Virus record (IMG/VR): IMGVR_UViG_3300006802_013268
Source: an uncultured virus (IMG/VR IMGVR_UViG_3300006802_013268)
Lineage: Duplodnaviria > Heunggongvirae > Uroviricota > Caudoviricetes
Length of the DNA: 64,000 nt
Strand: one strand, 5' to 3'
Below are positions 55,174 to 64,000 of this stretch, in pieces (within the stretch, counting starts at the first letter, position 1; every line of letters begins with the position of its first letter). A program made the translations under genes and the position numbers. Below the pieces are notes generated by a model. The model made no database searches, was not told the origin of the DNA, and saw nothing but the letters and a program-made list of their open reading frames with translations.

Positions 55174-55916
55174 AACATTCTCTCCATTAAAGGCATACTC
55201 TTTTTGTGAGTTGGACCATAAAAATGATTTATGTACCCATCAGGTTGACCAAAAATCCATTGATATGGAACTCTGTTCCACATGGTGTCCAACTCATGCA
55301 CTTGAAACACTGGTTGTGACAATTGGAGATTAACATACATTTGTTCAGTGTATCTGGTATGTACCACATAATCATGAATAGAAGTGAAATGTTCTCTTGC
55401 TTTTAATCTTCCTTCTTTACTCCAAACTTGTAGTCCACCGTTCATATAACGAAATCGTTCGTTAGGATATTTTGATGACTTGGGAAACATCCAATCTTTT
55501 CCAAACAGTTTTTTGCCATAAGCAATGATGCCTCTTTCTTCCAGAGGAGAATCCATAACTCTGCGCATAAATCCACCCTGCGAATTGTGTACACCTGTTT
55601 CGTGCACCATAGAAACATCGCCTTTTGCTAGACTAAACACATTCAGTCTTGTTCGTATCAACATGTCTAGATCTAAGACAAGCACATTGTCATACTGTTC
55701 AAATTGCGGGTCATAAAAAATTCTCAAGGAATCTAGTCTTGGATCTAGTTCTGGGAACCACCTGTCTGTTAGAAAGAGATATTCTGCTTTGACAGATTCA
55801 GCATAATTCTTAGCAGACCTCTGTCCTGCCGCTGCCCAATCTGGAAGTTTAACTCCACCTATGTGTGCGTCATTACCCTCGTATGGGATGTAGTATTGAA
55901 AGATAACGTTTCTCAT
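55170..55916 (-). CDS. Glycosyltransferase (GT8/GT34-like)
   Basis: YDNVLVLDLD, MNGG, EQMYVN, WN, HF. Confidence 0.75.
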   Translation of the reverse strand: MRNVIFQYYIPYEGNDAHIGGVKLPDWAAAGQRSAKNYAESVKAEYLFLTDRWFPELDPRLDSLRIFYDPQFEQYDNVLVLDLDMLIRTRLNVFSLAKGDVSMVHETGVHNSQGGFMRRVMDSPLEERGIIAYGKKLFGKDWMFPKSSKYPNERFRYMNGGLQVWSKEGRLKAREHFTSIHDYVVHTRYTEQMYVNLQLSQPVFQVHELDTMWNRVPYQWIFGQPDGYINHFYGPTHKKSMPLMERML

Positions 55917-55919
55917 AAT

Positions 55920-56426
55920 TTACTCAGTGTGATTGATATATTTTAACTTATTTTCTTTGGTTGTACAATACTGATTTATATACTTTATTATGAACTGATC
56001 GACAGGTATTTTGATTGTGATGTATGGAGACTGTAGTCTCATAAATCTGGCAATCGTAGACTCAACGAAATAAGCAGATAACAAATCTTCATTTAACTGA
56101 ACAATTGCCTCTTTATATGGATCGTGGGTTGTTTCAGAACTTAGTTTTATGTTGGGTTTACACAAAACTGATGGTCCCTGTTTTTTTCTAAAATGATTCC
56201 ATGCCCAAAAATGATTAAACCAGTCATATCTCTGCTCTTCTGTTATATTTTCTGCAAAATGTAACATATCGTAACTGGTTGGAGGCAAATTTTCTTCTGT
56301 TATTTTTTTAAATCGGTCGACAGCATATCCTTGGTCTATCCAAGTTTTTTCGTTTTCTGTTTGGTCGCTGGTTTCATCATCAACAATATAAAAAATTGTC
56401 GGAATGTCAATTGTCTTTTCTTGCAT
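55920..56426 (-). CDS. Degenerate GT25-like protein
   Basis: Collinear with neighbour 56407-57018 (W..QGYAVDRF, EEQRYDWFNHFWAW, AYF, VD) but lacks EHD. Confidence 0.5.
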   Translation of the reverse strand: MQEKTIDIPTIFYIVDDETSDQTENEKTWIDQGYAVDRFKKITEENLPPTSYDMLHFAENITEEQRYDWFNHFWAWNHFRKKQGPSVLCKPNIKLSSETTHDPYKEAIVQLNEDLLSAYFVESTIARFMRLQSPYITIKIPVDQFIIKYINQYCTTKENKLKYINHTE

Positions 56427-57018
56427 GATGTATTGTGGTTCCTAATTTTGCATCCTGATATTGCCTAGAAAATCCCTTTTTCAACACACCTTTTCCAGGA
56501 TTATTATCCATTATTGTATGTATGTAAGCATCAACATTCATGTTTATGCGTTTTTTCCCTTTAGGAAATAATTCCTCAATTCCGTCGAGCAATTTTTTTG
56601 CCCAATTTGGAGTTAACCAATATGCTGCAGCAGTTGTTATATTTCTTCCGGTCCAGGATTCGCAAAACCCAACAAATTCATAATCGCCCCAATTTTGTAT
56701 ATCAGGAGCAGTATGTAAATATGCGTCGTGCTCAATTATTATTGCTGGATTACTTTTCCTTGCCACCATTTTCCAAAGATAATATTGACTGTACCATATT
56801 GCTTTTTCTGTTTCGGTAAAATCTCTCGGTCCACCTCTACCAAATTTTTTTATTCCGAATGCCAAATCTTTGACAAATGGTAAAGACTTTGGAGTAAATG
56901 CTTCCCAACGTTGGACTTCAAATCCATGACGCACCCAACTGTCAGTTGTCGCTCCAGCATAATACATTGAGACTGGATTATCTGATATGGCGATCATAAA
57001 AACAGCAGGTTTTTTCAT
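56407..57018 (-). CDS. GT25 family glycosyltransferase
   Basis: TEKAIWYSQYYLW, IIEHDA, AAYWLTP, NVD. Confidence 0.75.
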   Translation of the reverse strand: MKKPAVFMIAISDNPVSMYYAGATTDSWVRHGFEVQRWEAFTPKSLPFVKDLAFGIKKFGRGGPRDFTETEKAIWYSQYYLWKMVARKSNPAIIIEHDAYLHTAPDIQNWGDYEFVGFCESWTGRNITTAAAYWLTPNWAKKLLDGIEELFPKGKKRINMNVDAYIHTIMDNNPGKGVLKKGFSRQYQDAKLGTTIHHARKDN

Positions 57019-57779
57019 TAGCACCAACCATTTTCAAAGTCAATAGAAACAAGTTTTTCTATTGTGCGTAATTGTGTTTTAGTCAGTTGTTTAATTGATG
57101 GGAAAATTCTATTTTGTGTTTTGTTTTCATGCATGCTAACAAATTGTTCTACGATAGAGGGGTCTCGTATACCACATTCATTCATAATTTCTTGAATCAA
57201 GTCACGCAATTCTGATAGATCAAACACATAATCATATTGTTTCTTATCTCCATAAAAATAATACATTGGAGCATAATGAATGTCTTGATGTCTTCTTTTA
57301 ATGATCATTTCAAGGATGGAAGATAATGAATACATTTTAAGGTTTATTACATTACTTCCATATGGTTGGAATTTATATTTTCGGTTCTCGCTGTCATAAT
57401 AATTTTGAGCAACATATTCAACAGCAGATAAAAATCGTTCTACTGGATTTCTTTTTATTGCATATCGTATGGAATTTTTTCTAAAAGGCAAGTTTAAATA
57501 ATCCCCATGAGTTCTAACAGCCATTAAATGCCACCAACCAGCAGTTGATGATGGTTCTATTGTTTGATAGTCTGGAAATATTTCATTCATTAATTCAAGT
57601 TTATGCGCTCGCCAATACATCTTGTTTAATGTTTTACATCCACATTTTGGTGCTAGTCGAACATCTATATTATGACCGAAATATGTAATGTTGCTTTCGG
57701 GATCAAAATAATGCGCCCCAAAATTTTGTGCTAAAAGTGATATGCCTCCATCTGGAGGTGGCCAATCTGGTGGTGTCAT
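57018..57779 (-). CDS. Sulfotransferase (Sulfotransfer_2-like)
   Basis: PKCGCKT 5'-PSB loop, RNPVERFLSA 3'-PB motif, DIH. Confidence 0.72.
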   Translation of the reverse strand: MTPPDWPPPDGGISLLAQNFGAHYFDPESNITYFGHNIDVRLAPKCGCKTLNKMYWRAHKLELMNEIFPDYQTIEPSSTAGWWHLMAVRTHGDYLNLPFRKNSIRYAIKRNPVERFLSAVEYVAQNYYDSENRKYKFQPYGSNVINLKMYSLSSILEMIIKRRHQDIHYAPMYYFYGDKKQYDYVFDLSELRDLIQEIMNECGIRDPSIVEQFVSMHENKTQNRIFPSIKQLTKTQLRTIEKLVSIDFENGWC

Positions 57780-58744
57780 ATGCGAAAATCTTTTAAATCA
57801 AATTCAGTACCATGCATGTGATGTAAGTTTCTGCTATGGTTTGTCCAAACTAAAACTTCAGGATCGTCCACCAAGAAGTCACAAGATTTACAATAGTCAG
57901 GATAATCACCGCTTCGATGAGCGTCACGGAGCGCAGAATATTCAGTGCCTTCCCAGATCTCTTCGATAGTGCTTTCTGAAGTATGTCCCAGAACTGCTTC
58001 CTCGTCCCGTCCCAAGACTTGGCAGCAAGGATGAACCGCACCTGTCTTACCATCAAGACCGCCAGCGCGAATAACGACGTCAGGACTAAAAGGTCTGCCA
58101 CAGGTTTTCTTCTCCCCTTTCCGTGCCATCACGGGATCATAAACCCCAGACCAATTATGCATTTTCCAGATTTCTGTTTTAACTCTAAGAAAGGCAACAA
58201 TGTTTTTATATGCTACCAATTCTAATCTATATTCTTCAGGATCAGTTTTAGTCATCAAATGGTAAGTAGCAACAACGCAATCTGAATTCGTATCCTCAAC
58301 ATATTCTTGCATTGCTTTCACTTTGTCCCAAGTGTTTTCAAACGAACCACCAATTCTATTGTACATCCACTTCTCATACTGTGTTGGGTTTGCGCCGATC
58401 CAAGAGAAACGATAAAAGTCTAATCCAGCATCAACGCAGTCCATCATGAACTGCCCTTCCATACGATAACCGTTTGAAAAGATAAATGCCTTTGCATTAT
58501 ACTTTTTAACGATCTCAATGTATTTAGGGAGGTCGCGATTGAGAGTTGCTTCGCCGCTGCCATCTAGGTTAACAACGCGAAGACCATGCTGCGCACAGTC
58601 TGCCACATTATGTTCAAACTCTTGTAGTGACATTTTCTTGAGGAATCCTTTATGCCTTCCTCCTGTTCGCATGTCTTGTGGACACATGCTACATGAGTAG
58701 TTGCATCCACCATTCACTTCAATTACTGCTCTATCAATTTTCAT
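57776..58744 (-). CDS. Radical SAM protein with SPASM/twitch domain
   Basis: CNYSCSMC, GSGE, C-terminal C...PCC...LG...IW...CKSC. Confidence 0.9.
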   Translation of the reverse strand: MKIDRAVIEVNGGCNYSCSMCPQDMRTGGRHKGFLKKMSLQEFEHNVADCAQHGLRVVNLDGSGEATLNRDLPKYIEIVKKYNAKAFIFSNGYRMEGQFMMDCVDAGLDFYRFSWIGANPTQYEKWMYNRIGGSFENTWDKVKAMQEYVEDTNSDCVVATYHLMTKTDPEEYRLELVAYKNIVAFLRVKTEIWKMHNWSGVYDPVMARKGEKKTCGRPFSPDVVIRAGGLDGKTGAVHPCCQVLGRDEEAVLGHTSESTIEEIWEGTEYSALRDAHRSGDYPDYCKSCDFLVDDPEVLVWTNHSRNLHHMHGTEFDLKDFRI

Positions 58745-59672
58745 AAAATCTTTCTATGTGTGGTAAAACTTTTTGTTTGTATGCTTCGCATGTTTGAATT
58801 AAATCGTCATAAGTTGACTCTCTCAATTTTGAGATGTACTCTAAGACATTTCTATATTTTGCATCTCTACTTCTAAGATCTTTATTCTTCTCTTGAAAAA
58901 ATACTCCTTGACCATTATGAGTTCTTATAATATTGTTATCGCCTAGAACTATGATTGGTTTGTACATATTTTTAGAAATATATTGCCACATACCATCATA
59001 TGCCACAACAAAATCACAAGTTCTTATGTGGTAAAATGCTTCTGAAACTGGTGTCCTATAATCAATTTCAAATACTTTATAGTCTAGACGTTCTAGAGCA
59101 TTTTCAATCCATTCCCAATCTAGAGGGTTATATGTTAACTTCCATTTTGGTGCAGTAGTTGCATTTAAGAATGGTTTCCAGATTACAACTTTATCTTTTA
59201 TAGGTGTTGTATCAACTGAGTTGTTAAACTTCCAGTTGTTAAGACCAGAGAATACCATAACATGGTTACTTCTACCTTTTTGCTCTGGCACTGGCCACAA
59301 TGGATAGTAACGAGAATAATTTAATCCAAGTTCGCCTTTGAAATCCTTGTCGATGTCGGGATAGTTGTAAACATGCTCCACTTCCACGAGTTCATCTTTT
59401 CGATAATAGAAATTATGTAGATATTCAAATCTTTCAAATATTGTTTCTATATCATCGTGTGCAAAATAATATGACCTGTCATGATCCCAGTGAATCTGAA
59501 AAATAATTTTAGTGTTAAGAATATGAGCAGTATAATATGCTATGTTTAATCCATACAAGAAATCGCCAACACCAAAATGTCCTCTCCATTTTAGAACATT
59601 TCCTCTGATGCCATACGGTTTTCCTGATATCGGATCATCAAATCCAACAAATCTCACATTTTCTTGATACAC
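58734..59672 (-). CDS. Putative glycosyltransferase (GT9-like)
   Basis: GVGD near N-terminus, CDFVVAYDG..Y..K...KPIIVL. Confidence 0.55.
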   Translation of the reverse strand: MYQENVRFVGFDDPISGKPYGIRGNVLKWRGHFGVGDFLYGLNIAYYTAHILNTKIIFQIHWDHDRSYYFAHDDIETIFERFEYLHNFYYRKDELVEVEHVYNYPDIDKDFKGELGLNYSRYYPLWPVPEQKGRSNHVMVFSGLNNWKFNNSVDTTPIKDKVVIWKPFLNATTAPKWKLTYNPLDWEWIENALERLDYKVFEIDYRTPVSEAFYHIRTCDFVVAYDGMWQYISKNMYKPIIVLGDNNIIRTHNGQGVFFQEKNKDLRSRDAKYRNVLEYISKLRESTYDDLIQTCEAYKQKVLPHIERFYEN

Positions 59673-59678
59673 AAAATC

Positions 59679-59831
59679 TCATCTATATTTTTTTTGTAAC
59701 TCATTATTTAGTTTGCGAACATCTAACTCTGTTGAGTAAGAATCTGCGCTCTTGATGCTTTTCTTTTCAGAACGATATTTGTCCTTATTGCGTTTTTTGT
59801 TCCTTGGATCAAATCGCGTATATTTCGCCAT
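59679..59831 (-). CDS. Small basic protein (50 aa)
   Basis: Manual translation MAKYTRFDPRNKKRNKDK...; TAATG-coupled. Confidence 0.6.
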   Translation of the reverse strand: MAKYTRFDPRNKKRNKDKYRSEKKSIKSADSYSTELDVRKLNNELQKKYR

Positions 59832-59989
59832 TATCTACCTTGTCCTCTGTATTTTTTGTAACTAACTTTTTTCCTCTTATTTAAAGATGCTGTTTTAAAC
59901 AACCCCCTTCCAATAGAGGTTCCCTTTGGTTTTCTTTCGGGTCTTGTTACAAACCCTAGTGCACCACCACTTCCTTTTTTACCTGCCAT
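59831..59989 (-). CDS. Small highly basic protein ending KKYRGQGR (52 aa)
   Basis: Manual translation MAGKKGSGG...KGTSIGRG...KKYRGQGR; TAATG-coupled to lysozyme. Confidence 0.7.
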   Translation of the reverse strand: MAGKKGSGGALGFVTRPERKPKGTSIGRGLFKTASLNKRKKVSYKKYRGQGR

Positions 59990-60435
59990 TATACTGCCTC
60001 CAATCGAGACATGAGACGTTCAGCACGATTGGTCACTTGCTTGTGCCAACGTGAGTCGCGTCCTTCAACTGCTGCCTGTGCCCAGTTACCTTCTAGCAAC
60101 GCAGCATTGAATTTTTTAAATCCTGATAAACGAGGTCTGCCCATGTTAAACATCATGTTTACAACGACTTGTTGTACTTCTTCCGGAAAAGAATCAAACT
60201 CGCTTTCTCCGTATAGTTTATAGCATTCGGAAATAGAAGTGTCAAGATCTTTCTCAAAACATTCCCAGACTCGTTCTTCGGATACAGGTGTACCAAAGGC
60301 AGCACCCCATTCCTTATCGTTTTCAGTAATAAGATGACCAACACCAAAGGTATGCAAACCAAGATGATCAGCATACACTTCGTATACTACCCCTTCGTCT
60401 ACCTTTAGCGTTTCGAATACTGCTTTTCTATCCAT
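59989..60435 (-). CDS. Lysozyme (GH24, T4 lysozyme-like)
   Basis: DEG....Y.DHLG..TFGVGHL, NMMFNMG, DSRW..Q..NRAERL. Confidence 0.92.
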   Translation of the reverse strand: MDRKAVFETLKVDEGVVYEVYADHLGLHTFGVGHLITENDKEWGAAFGTPVSEERVWECFEKDLDTSISECYKLYGESEFDSFPEEVQQVVVNMMFNMGRPRLSGFKKFNAALLEGNWAQAAVEGRDSRWHKQVTNRAERLMSRLEAV

Positions 60436-60787
60436 TTTTTGTCTCCTTTAAATCGTTAATTATTTTCATAATCTTTTCATAGTTTTCCGGCGGACGATTC
60501 ATTTTATTCGCCATCTCAAAACAATTGTACGCTGAACATATATATGGTCTACTCTCATATATACCGCATTTTTTAAATTCGCCTTCTACAACCAATTTGG
60601 GACAATGAAAACGAACTCTTGAATCTGGTAATATCTCAATGTTGTCTGTTTGTTTTGCTATAATATTTTCCCATTCAATCATTCTCTCGGGTCGACTTTC
60701 TGGTTTACCTATAGTCAGTTTACAACAACTTGCGCAACGAATGCAAACTTCAGAAGTTATTAAACTTTCATCATACATCATTGACAC
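60428..60787 (-). CDS. YkgJ family CxxCxxCC cysteine-cluster protein
   Basis: CIRCASCC, CPKL, CGIYESRPYIC..Y.C. Confidence 0.85.
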   Translation of the reverse strand: MSMMYDESLITSEVCIRCASCCKLTIGKPESRPERMIEWENIIAKQTDNIEILPDSRVRFHCPKLVVEGEFKKCGIYESRPYICSAYNCFEMANKMNRPPENYEKIMKIINDLKETKNG

Positions 60788-61343
60788 ACAAAACCATTTT
60801 TACTTTAGAAAATTTTTCGGGATTATGCTGACAATCATATTTCCATGACTTTATGAATGTCGAAAAATATTTTTTTGCTAATTTATTTATCTGCGGAAGA
60901 TCGTAGTCATCAATCAAAACATACTTGAATCCTATTTCTTTGGCAAGACGTAGATCACTTTCTGCAAAAAAAGTACGATGGTTGCCATCAATAAAAAATA
61001 AATCAGTTTTCTCTACTTTAATTTTTTGCTCCAGGTAATGTTTTCTTAAGTAATACGAATTGTAACAAATAAATTGAAACCGATTGCCAAATCTTTCTTT
61101 AACCCTTTCTTCTCCCATAATTGTTTGTGCATATTGTGCAATGTCATATGCTGTTACTGTCACATCATCAAACAAAGACAACATGATTGATGAACTGTGA
61201 CCAACGTTAAATCCAATTTCAGTTACACTTTTAAAATCAGTCATTTCTTTGATTTGTCGCCAAGCGTCACAAGTTTTTTTTGATGGAAACATGTGTCCCT
61301 CTTTTTCAATTGGCAACCAAGACAAATCTAATTCTGCATCCAT
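60771..61343 (-). CDS. Class I SAM methyltransferase (Methyltransf_24-like)
   Basis: EIGFNVGHS, DLFFIDGNH, LIDD. Confidence 0.82.
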   Translation of the reverse strand: MDAELDLSWLPIEKEGHMFPSKKTCDAWRQIKEMTDFKSVTEIGFNVGHSSSIMLSLFDDVTVTAYDIAQYAQTIMGEERVKERFGNRFQFICYNSYYLRKHYLEQKIKVEKTDLFFIDGNHRTFFAESDLRLAKEIGFKYVLIDDYDLPQINKLAKKYFSTFIKSWKYDCQHNPEKFSKVKMVLCVNDV

Positions 61344-61344
61344 T

Positions 61345-61596
61345 CTATTTTCCTAGATAAATGTCATCTAACATATCAGAAAATTCTTCAACTTTAACTA
61401 GTCTGTTTGGCCAATAGATGTAATCTTTTTCAGGATTGGCTTTCAAATTAGACAACAGAGGTTGTATTGCCGCGTACAGTTTTTCTAACTTGGTTTGATA
61501 ATTTAATGCAGTGTCTGCCTTTGTTTGCAAATCAGTGACAAGATCTAATTCTTCTTCAGTTACAGCAGTAAAACCAAAGTCAAAGGTGTCATCCAT
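61345..61596 (-). CDS. Conserved hypothetical phage protein
   Basis: FDFGFTAV, PLLSNL..NPEKDYIYWPNR. Confidence 0.7.
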   Translation of the reverse strand: MDDTFDFGFTAVTEEELDLVTDLQTKADTALNYQTKLEKLYAAIQPLLSNLKANPEKDYIYWPNRLVKVEEFSDMLDDIYLGK

Positions 61597-61789
61597 TGAG
61601 TTTCTCCAATGTTTCTAGGAGTTCATCGTACTTGGCGATGCTCTCCAGTTCCTTTTCTAGCGTCTCCATAAAATCGCCGTGTTCTGCCACACCCACTGGG
61701 TTGGCGATAAATGTTTCCCAGTTACAAACGTGCTTTGCTCGTTGTCCCTGTAAATACTGTTTCATTGCTTCTCTAATATGTAGTGTCAT
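61589..61789 (-). CDS. Conserved hypothetical phage protein
   Basis: NPVGVAEH.D..ETLEKEL. Confidence 0.7.
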   Translation of the reverse strand: MTLHIREAMKQYLQGQRAKHVCNWETFIANPVGVAEHGDFMETLEKELESIAKYDELLETLEKLNG

Positions 61790-61929
61790 ACTATTCCATA
61801 CCTCTGTTTTCTATAATCATACCAAAAATAAAGTTTACAATACCATTCGAATGTTTTGGGATATTGTTCAGGGTCAGGGCATTCGGGAAATCTTGCCATA
61901 ACCTTTTCGATTATTTCTTCTGGTGTCAT
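61786..61929 (-). CDS. Small hypothetical protein (47 aa)
   Basis: Manual translation MTPEEIIEKVMARFPECPDPEQYPKTFEWYCKLY...; ATGA-coupled both sides. Confidence 0.6.
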   Translation of the reverse strand: MTPEEIIEKVMARFPECPDPEQYPKTFEWYCKLYFWYDYRKQRYGIV

Positions 61930-62621
61930 TTTATATTCATCCACTCTTTTGTCATGATATAGTCGCGAACAAAATCGCTACGAACAATATCTTCCCATCC
62001 AAATTGGATATGACTAAAGTGTTTCATATTCTCAAGGATTGATAAAAATTGATTAACGCCAGACTTATCTTTATCCTGTTTAAAATCGCTCTGATAATAA
62101 TCCCCGCAAAAAATAATCTTAGTTCCTTGACCTACTCGAGTTATGACCGAATCAAGTTCATGGAAGTTTAAATTCTGCATTTCGTCAACAAGAACTATGC
62201 TGTTGTTATATGTTATACCGCGTATGTATGATGTTGATTCAAACGTGATGTAGTTATTGTGTACCAATTTATCATATGCGCGTTCATCATTAAATAATTC
62301 TGCAGTTGCTGCTCTGTATGGTCCAGTGTACGCATTGAGTTTTTCTTCTACGCTGCCCGGAAGATATCCTATCTCTCTTGTTGGAACAACGGAACGAATA
62401 ATATGTAATGTCTCATATGGAGAACTCTTATCCATTATTTCTTCAAGAGCAAAATATATTCCAAGAAACGTTTTACCTGTTCCTGCTGTTCCTGTTAGAG
62501 CAAGATGATCACCGTCTCTCCAAGCATTCCATGCTTCTTGTTGATGAGGTGTTGCTGGAGAAATAGTATCCATGGTATCAAGTCGGATGTTCATATTATC
62601 CGTATTAGATTGTTTTCTCAT
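61926..62621 (-). CDS. phoH: PhoH family ATPase
   Basis: GTAGTGKT, RSVV..REIGYLPG, YIRGIT, VDEMQN, TRVG, GD..QSD, DIVRS. Confidence 0.95.
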   Translation of the reverse strand: MRKQSNTDNMNIRLDTMDTISPATPHQQEAWNAWRDGDHLALTGTAGTGKTFLGIYFALEEIMDKSSPYETLHIIRSVVPTREIGYLPGSVEEKLNAYTGPYRAATAELFNDERAYDKLVHNNYITFESTSYIRGITYNNSIVLVDEMQNLNFHELDSVITRVGQGTKIIFCGDYYQSDFKQDKDKSGVNQFLSILENMKHFSHIQFGWEDIVRSDFVRDYIMTKEWMNIK

Positions 62622-63385
62622 AGTTCTACATACTCAGGAAATGGTTGCACAAATTTCTGCCTTTGTTCTTCTGATTCCCAACGGTGCCCTTTTGGATTAT
62701 ATCCAAAGGGTTTATATTTTTCATACAGTTTATCTATTTCTTGGGTAAGAATTTCTCTTCCCCACCGAACGCCATTTTCATTGACAATCTCTTTGTTGTG
62801 TTCAGTTGCGAAATTGGTGTACCAGTCTAATTTGGTATTAGGTATTTTTGTAGGACCATTAGTTTTTATTGGTTCATGATCAAACTGACAAAACAAAGAA
62901 ATATCATTCCCCCAAACCCAAGCGAATGCCATGTCATATCCATATGTTTTACTGAATGTTTGCCTAGACATTACATATTGATTCAGGAGAAAATCCGTTT
63001 CGTTTTCCGGATGACTCCAATTCCGTCTGCCCGTTTCGAATTGATACTCCATAACTGTTTCTGGATCATATTTTGACATAGCATCATCTAAGATATCTAA
63101 TGTATCATAAGGTAATCTGTAGTCTAAGTCAATCATAACATTCCAGTCAGTTGTAGTTTCTTTCATAAGAATGTTTCGACAAACTTCGTTTCCCCAACCT
63201 AAATCTTCAGTGACCTGAAGAATTCTCCACCATTCTGGAATCCACTCTCTGGAGGCAGGTTGTATTTTTGAACCATCGTCGATGACTGTGAATTTAAATT
63301 TATCTTTGTAAGGAAGATAATAGTCAATCATATCTTCCATAAGGAATTGATTGTTATAGTAAGTATAATTTATGCTGATCATCAA
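62618..63385 (-). CDS. GT2-like glycosyltransferase
   Basis: TYYN, VIDDGS, CRN, IDLD, GYD. Confidence 0.78.
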   Translation of the reverse strand: MMISINYTYYNNQFLMEDMIDYYLPYKDKFKFTVIDDGSKIQPASREWIPEWWRILQVTEDLGWGNEVCRNILMKETTTDWNVMIDLDYRLPYDTLDILDDAMSKYDPETVMEYQFETGRRNWSHPENETDFLLNQYVMSRQTFSKTYGYDMAFAWVWGNDISLFCQFDHEPIKTNGPTKIPNTKLDWYTNFATEHNKEIVNENGVRWGREILTQEIDKLYEKYKPFGYNPKGHRWESEEQRQKFVQPFPEYVEL

Positions 63386-63386
63386 A

Positions 63387-63620
63387 TCAAACTTTTATTG
63401 TGTTTCCTCTACCAGAAGCAGTCTTCACGTTTTTGAGATGCTCCCTCCAGCTCTGTGGCGTTGTTTTTAGCACACCTCCAACGTGAGTGACAATGTTATA
63501 TGCGGATGTAATTACTTGTTCCCATTCGCCTGACTCAATCATTGCTTCTTTTTCAGCAATTTTTAAAAACATTTCTTTGACCTCTCCGGTCTTCACATTT
63601 TTCATATCGTATGTTGGCAT
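63387..63620 (-). CDS. FmdB-like small protein (no Cys ligands)
   Basis: MPTYD.KN..TGEV.E start; usual position upstream of phoH. Confidence 0.65.
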   Translation of the reverse strand: MPTYDMKNVKTGEVKEMFLKIAEKEAMIESGEWEQVITSAYNIVTHVGGVLKTTPQSWREHLKNVKTASGRGNTIKV

Positions 63621-63630
63621 AACTAACTCC

Positions 63631-63654
63631 TAAAAGGCACCCCGAAGGGTGCCT
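63631..63654 (-). terminator. Intrinsic terminator with C(UUCG)G tetraloop
   Basis: Minus strand AGGCACCC-TTCG-GGGTGCCT-TTT. Confidence 0.85.
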
Positions 63655-63666
63655 GTTAGATAAGGA

Positions 63667-63825
63667 TCACCCCCTTAAAACTTGTTGTATTGCAGCGTCA
63701 AGAAATGCTTGTTTTTTTTGCATCTTATATGCCGCTTCCGATTTTCCCTTTTTATTCAACTTGTGTATATAATGTCCAAGTTCTCTAGAATCTTTTCTTA
63801 ATCTTTCAATTTGGTTTGCTACCAT
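63667..63825 (-). CDS. Small hypothetical protein (52 aa)
   Basis: Manual translation MVANQIERLRKDSRELGHYIHKL...; AGGAG RBS. Confidence 0.65.
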   Translation of the reverse strand: MVANQIERLRKDSRELGHYIHKLNKKGKSEAAYKMQKKQAFLDAAIQQVLRG

Positions 63826-63860
63826 AGGCAGTCTCCTTTTCTAGTTTTTGGGAATCATAA

Positions 63861-64000
63861 TCAATCTCGGATTAAATCAGGGTATGCCTCCTTCACTAAT
63901 TTTTCTGTTAATCCTTTCACGGAAGTTTTCTTGTTGATCATATCGACGAGTATTTCAGCGTCGCGTGGATGAATTGATTCAAGCAAATCTATAAACATTC
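63861..64000 (-). CDS. C-terminus of conserved T4-like hypothetical protein (starts outside window)
   Basis: MFIDLLESIHPRDAEIL...KGLT..LVKEAYP. Confidence 0.7.
   Translation of the reverse strand, partial: MFIDLLESIHPRDAEILVDMINKKTSVKGLTEKLVKEAYPDLIRD

Noticed and set aside
43000..63100. Many 60-125 aa plus-strand ORFs
   Set aside because: All lie opposite well-supported, tightly coupled minus-strand genes and show no recognisable motifs.
5880..63620. Introns, inteins, homing endonucleases, integrase or transposase
   Set aside because: Core genes (gp32, thyX, phoH, gp6) are uninterrupted and of normal length, and I recognised no such motifs.

Overview
A 64 kb segment of an AT-rich T4-like myophage genome, probably marine. 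The host is inferred to be a proteobacterium from IHF-type sites and a SutA-like protein; no photosynthesis genes occur in the window. 1-23.3 kb (minus strand) is a tail/baseplate module: a >1600 aa Tyr-rich repeat protein missed by the ORF track, a DUF4815/VrlC-like protein, gp8, gp6, gp25, a gp5 split over several genes with an amidase inserted, gp27-like, gp53 and gp48. 23.3-28 kb (plus strand) holds gp4, a 2OG-Fe(II) oxygenase, gp2, tail tube/gp54-like, gp26, gp51 and a tape-measure-like gene. From 28 kb everything is on the minus strand: gp32, gp33, DenV-like, ThyX, an SNase-like nuclease, tRNA-Pro and tRNA-Tyr, a cassette of small early genes, a heme oxygenase/bilin reductase/YbaN cluster, a PD-(D/E)XK exonuclease, a ~16.5 kb block of glycan-synthesis and glycan-modifying enzymes, lysozyme and PhoH. 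The most striking unexplained signals are at 37.6-40.8 kb. Four early promoters each carry an IHF-consensus box at an identical distance. A two-hairpin candidate small RNA beside the tRNAs has a loop antisense to the ribosome-binding regions of the first gene behind each of those four promoters. All product calls come from motif recognition by eye, not database searches.
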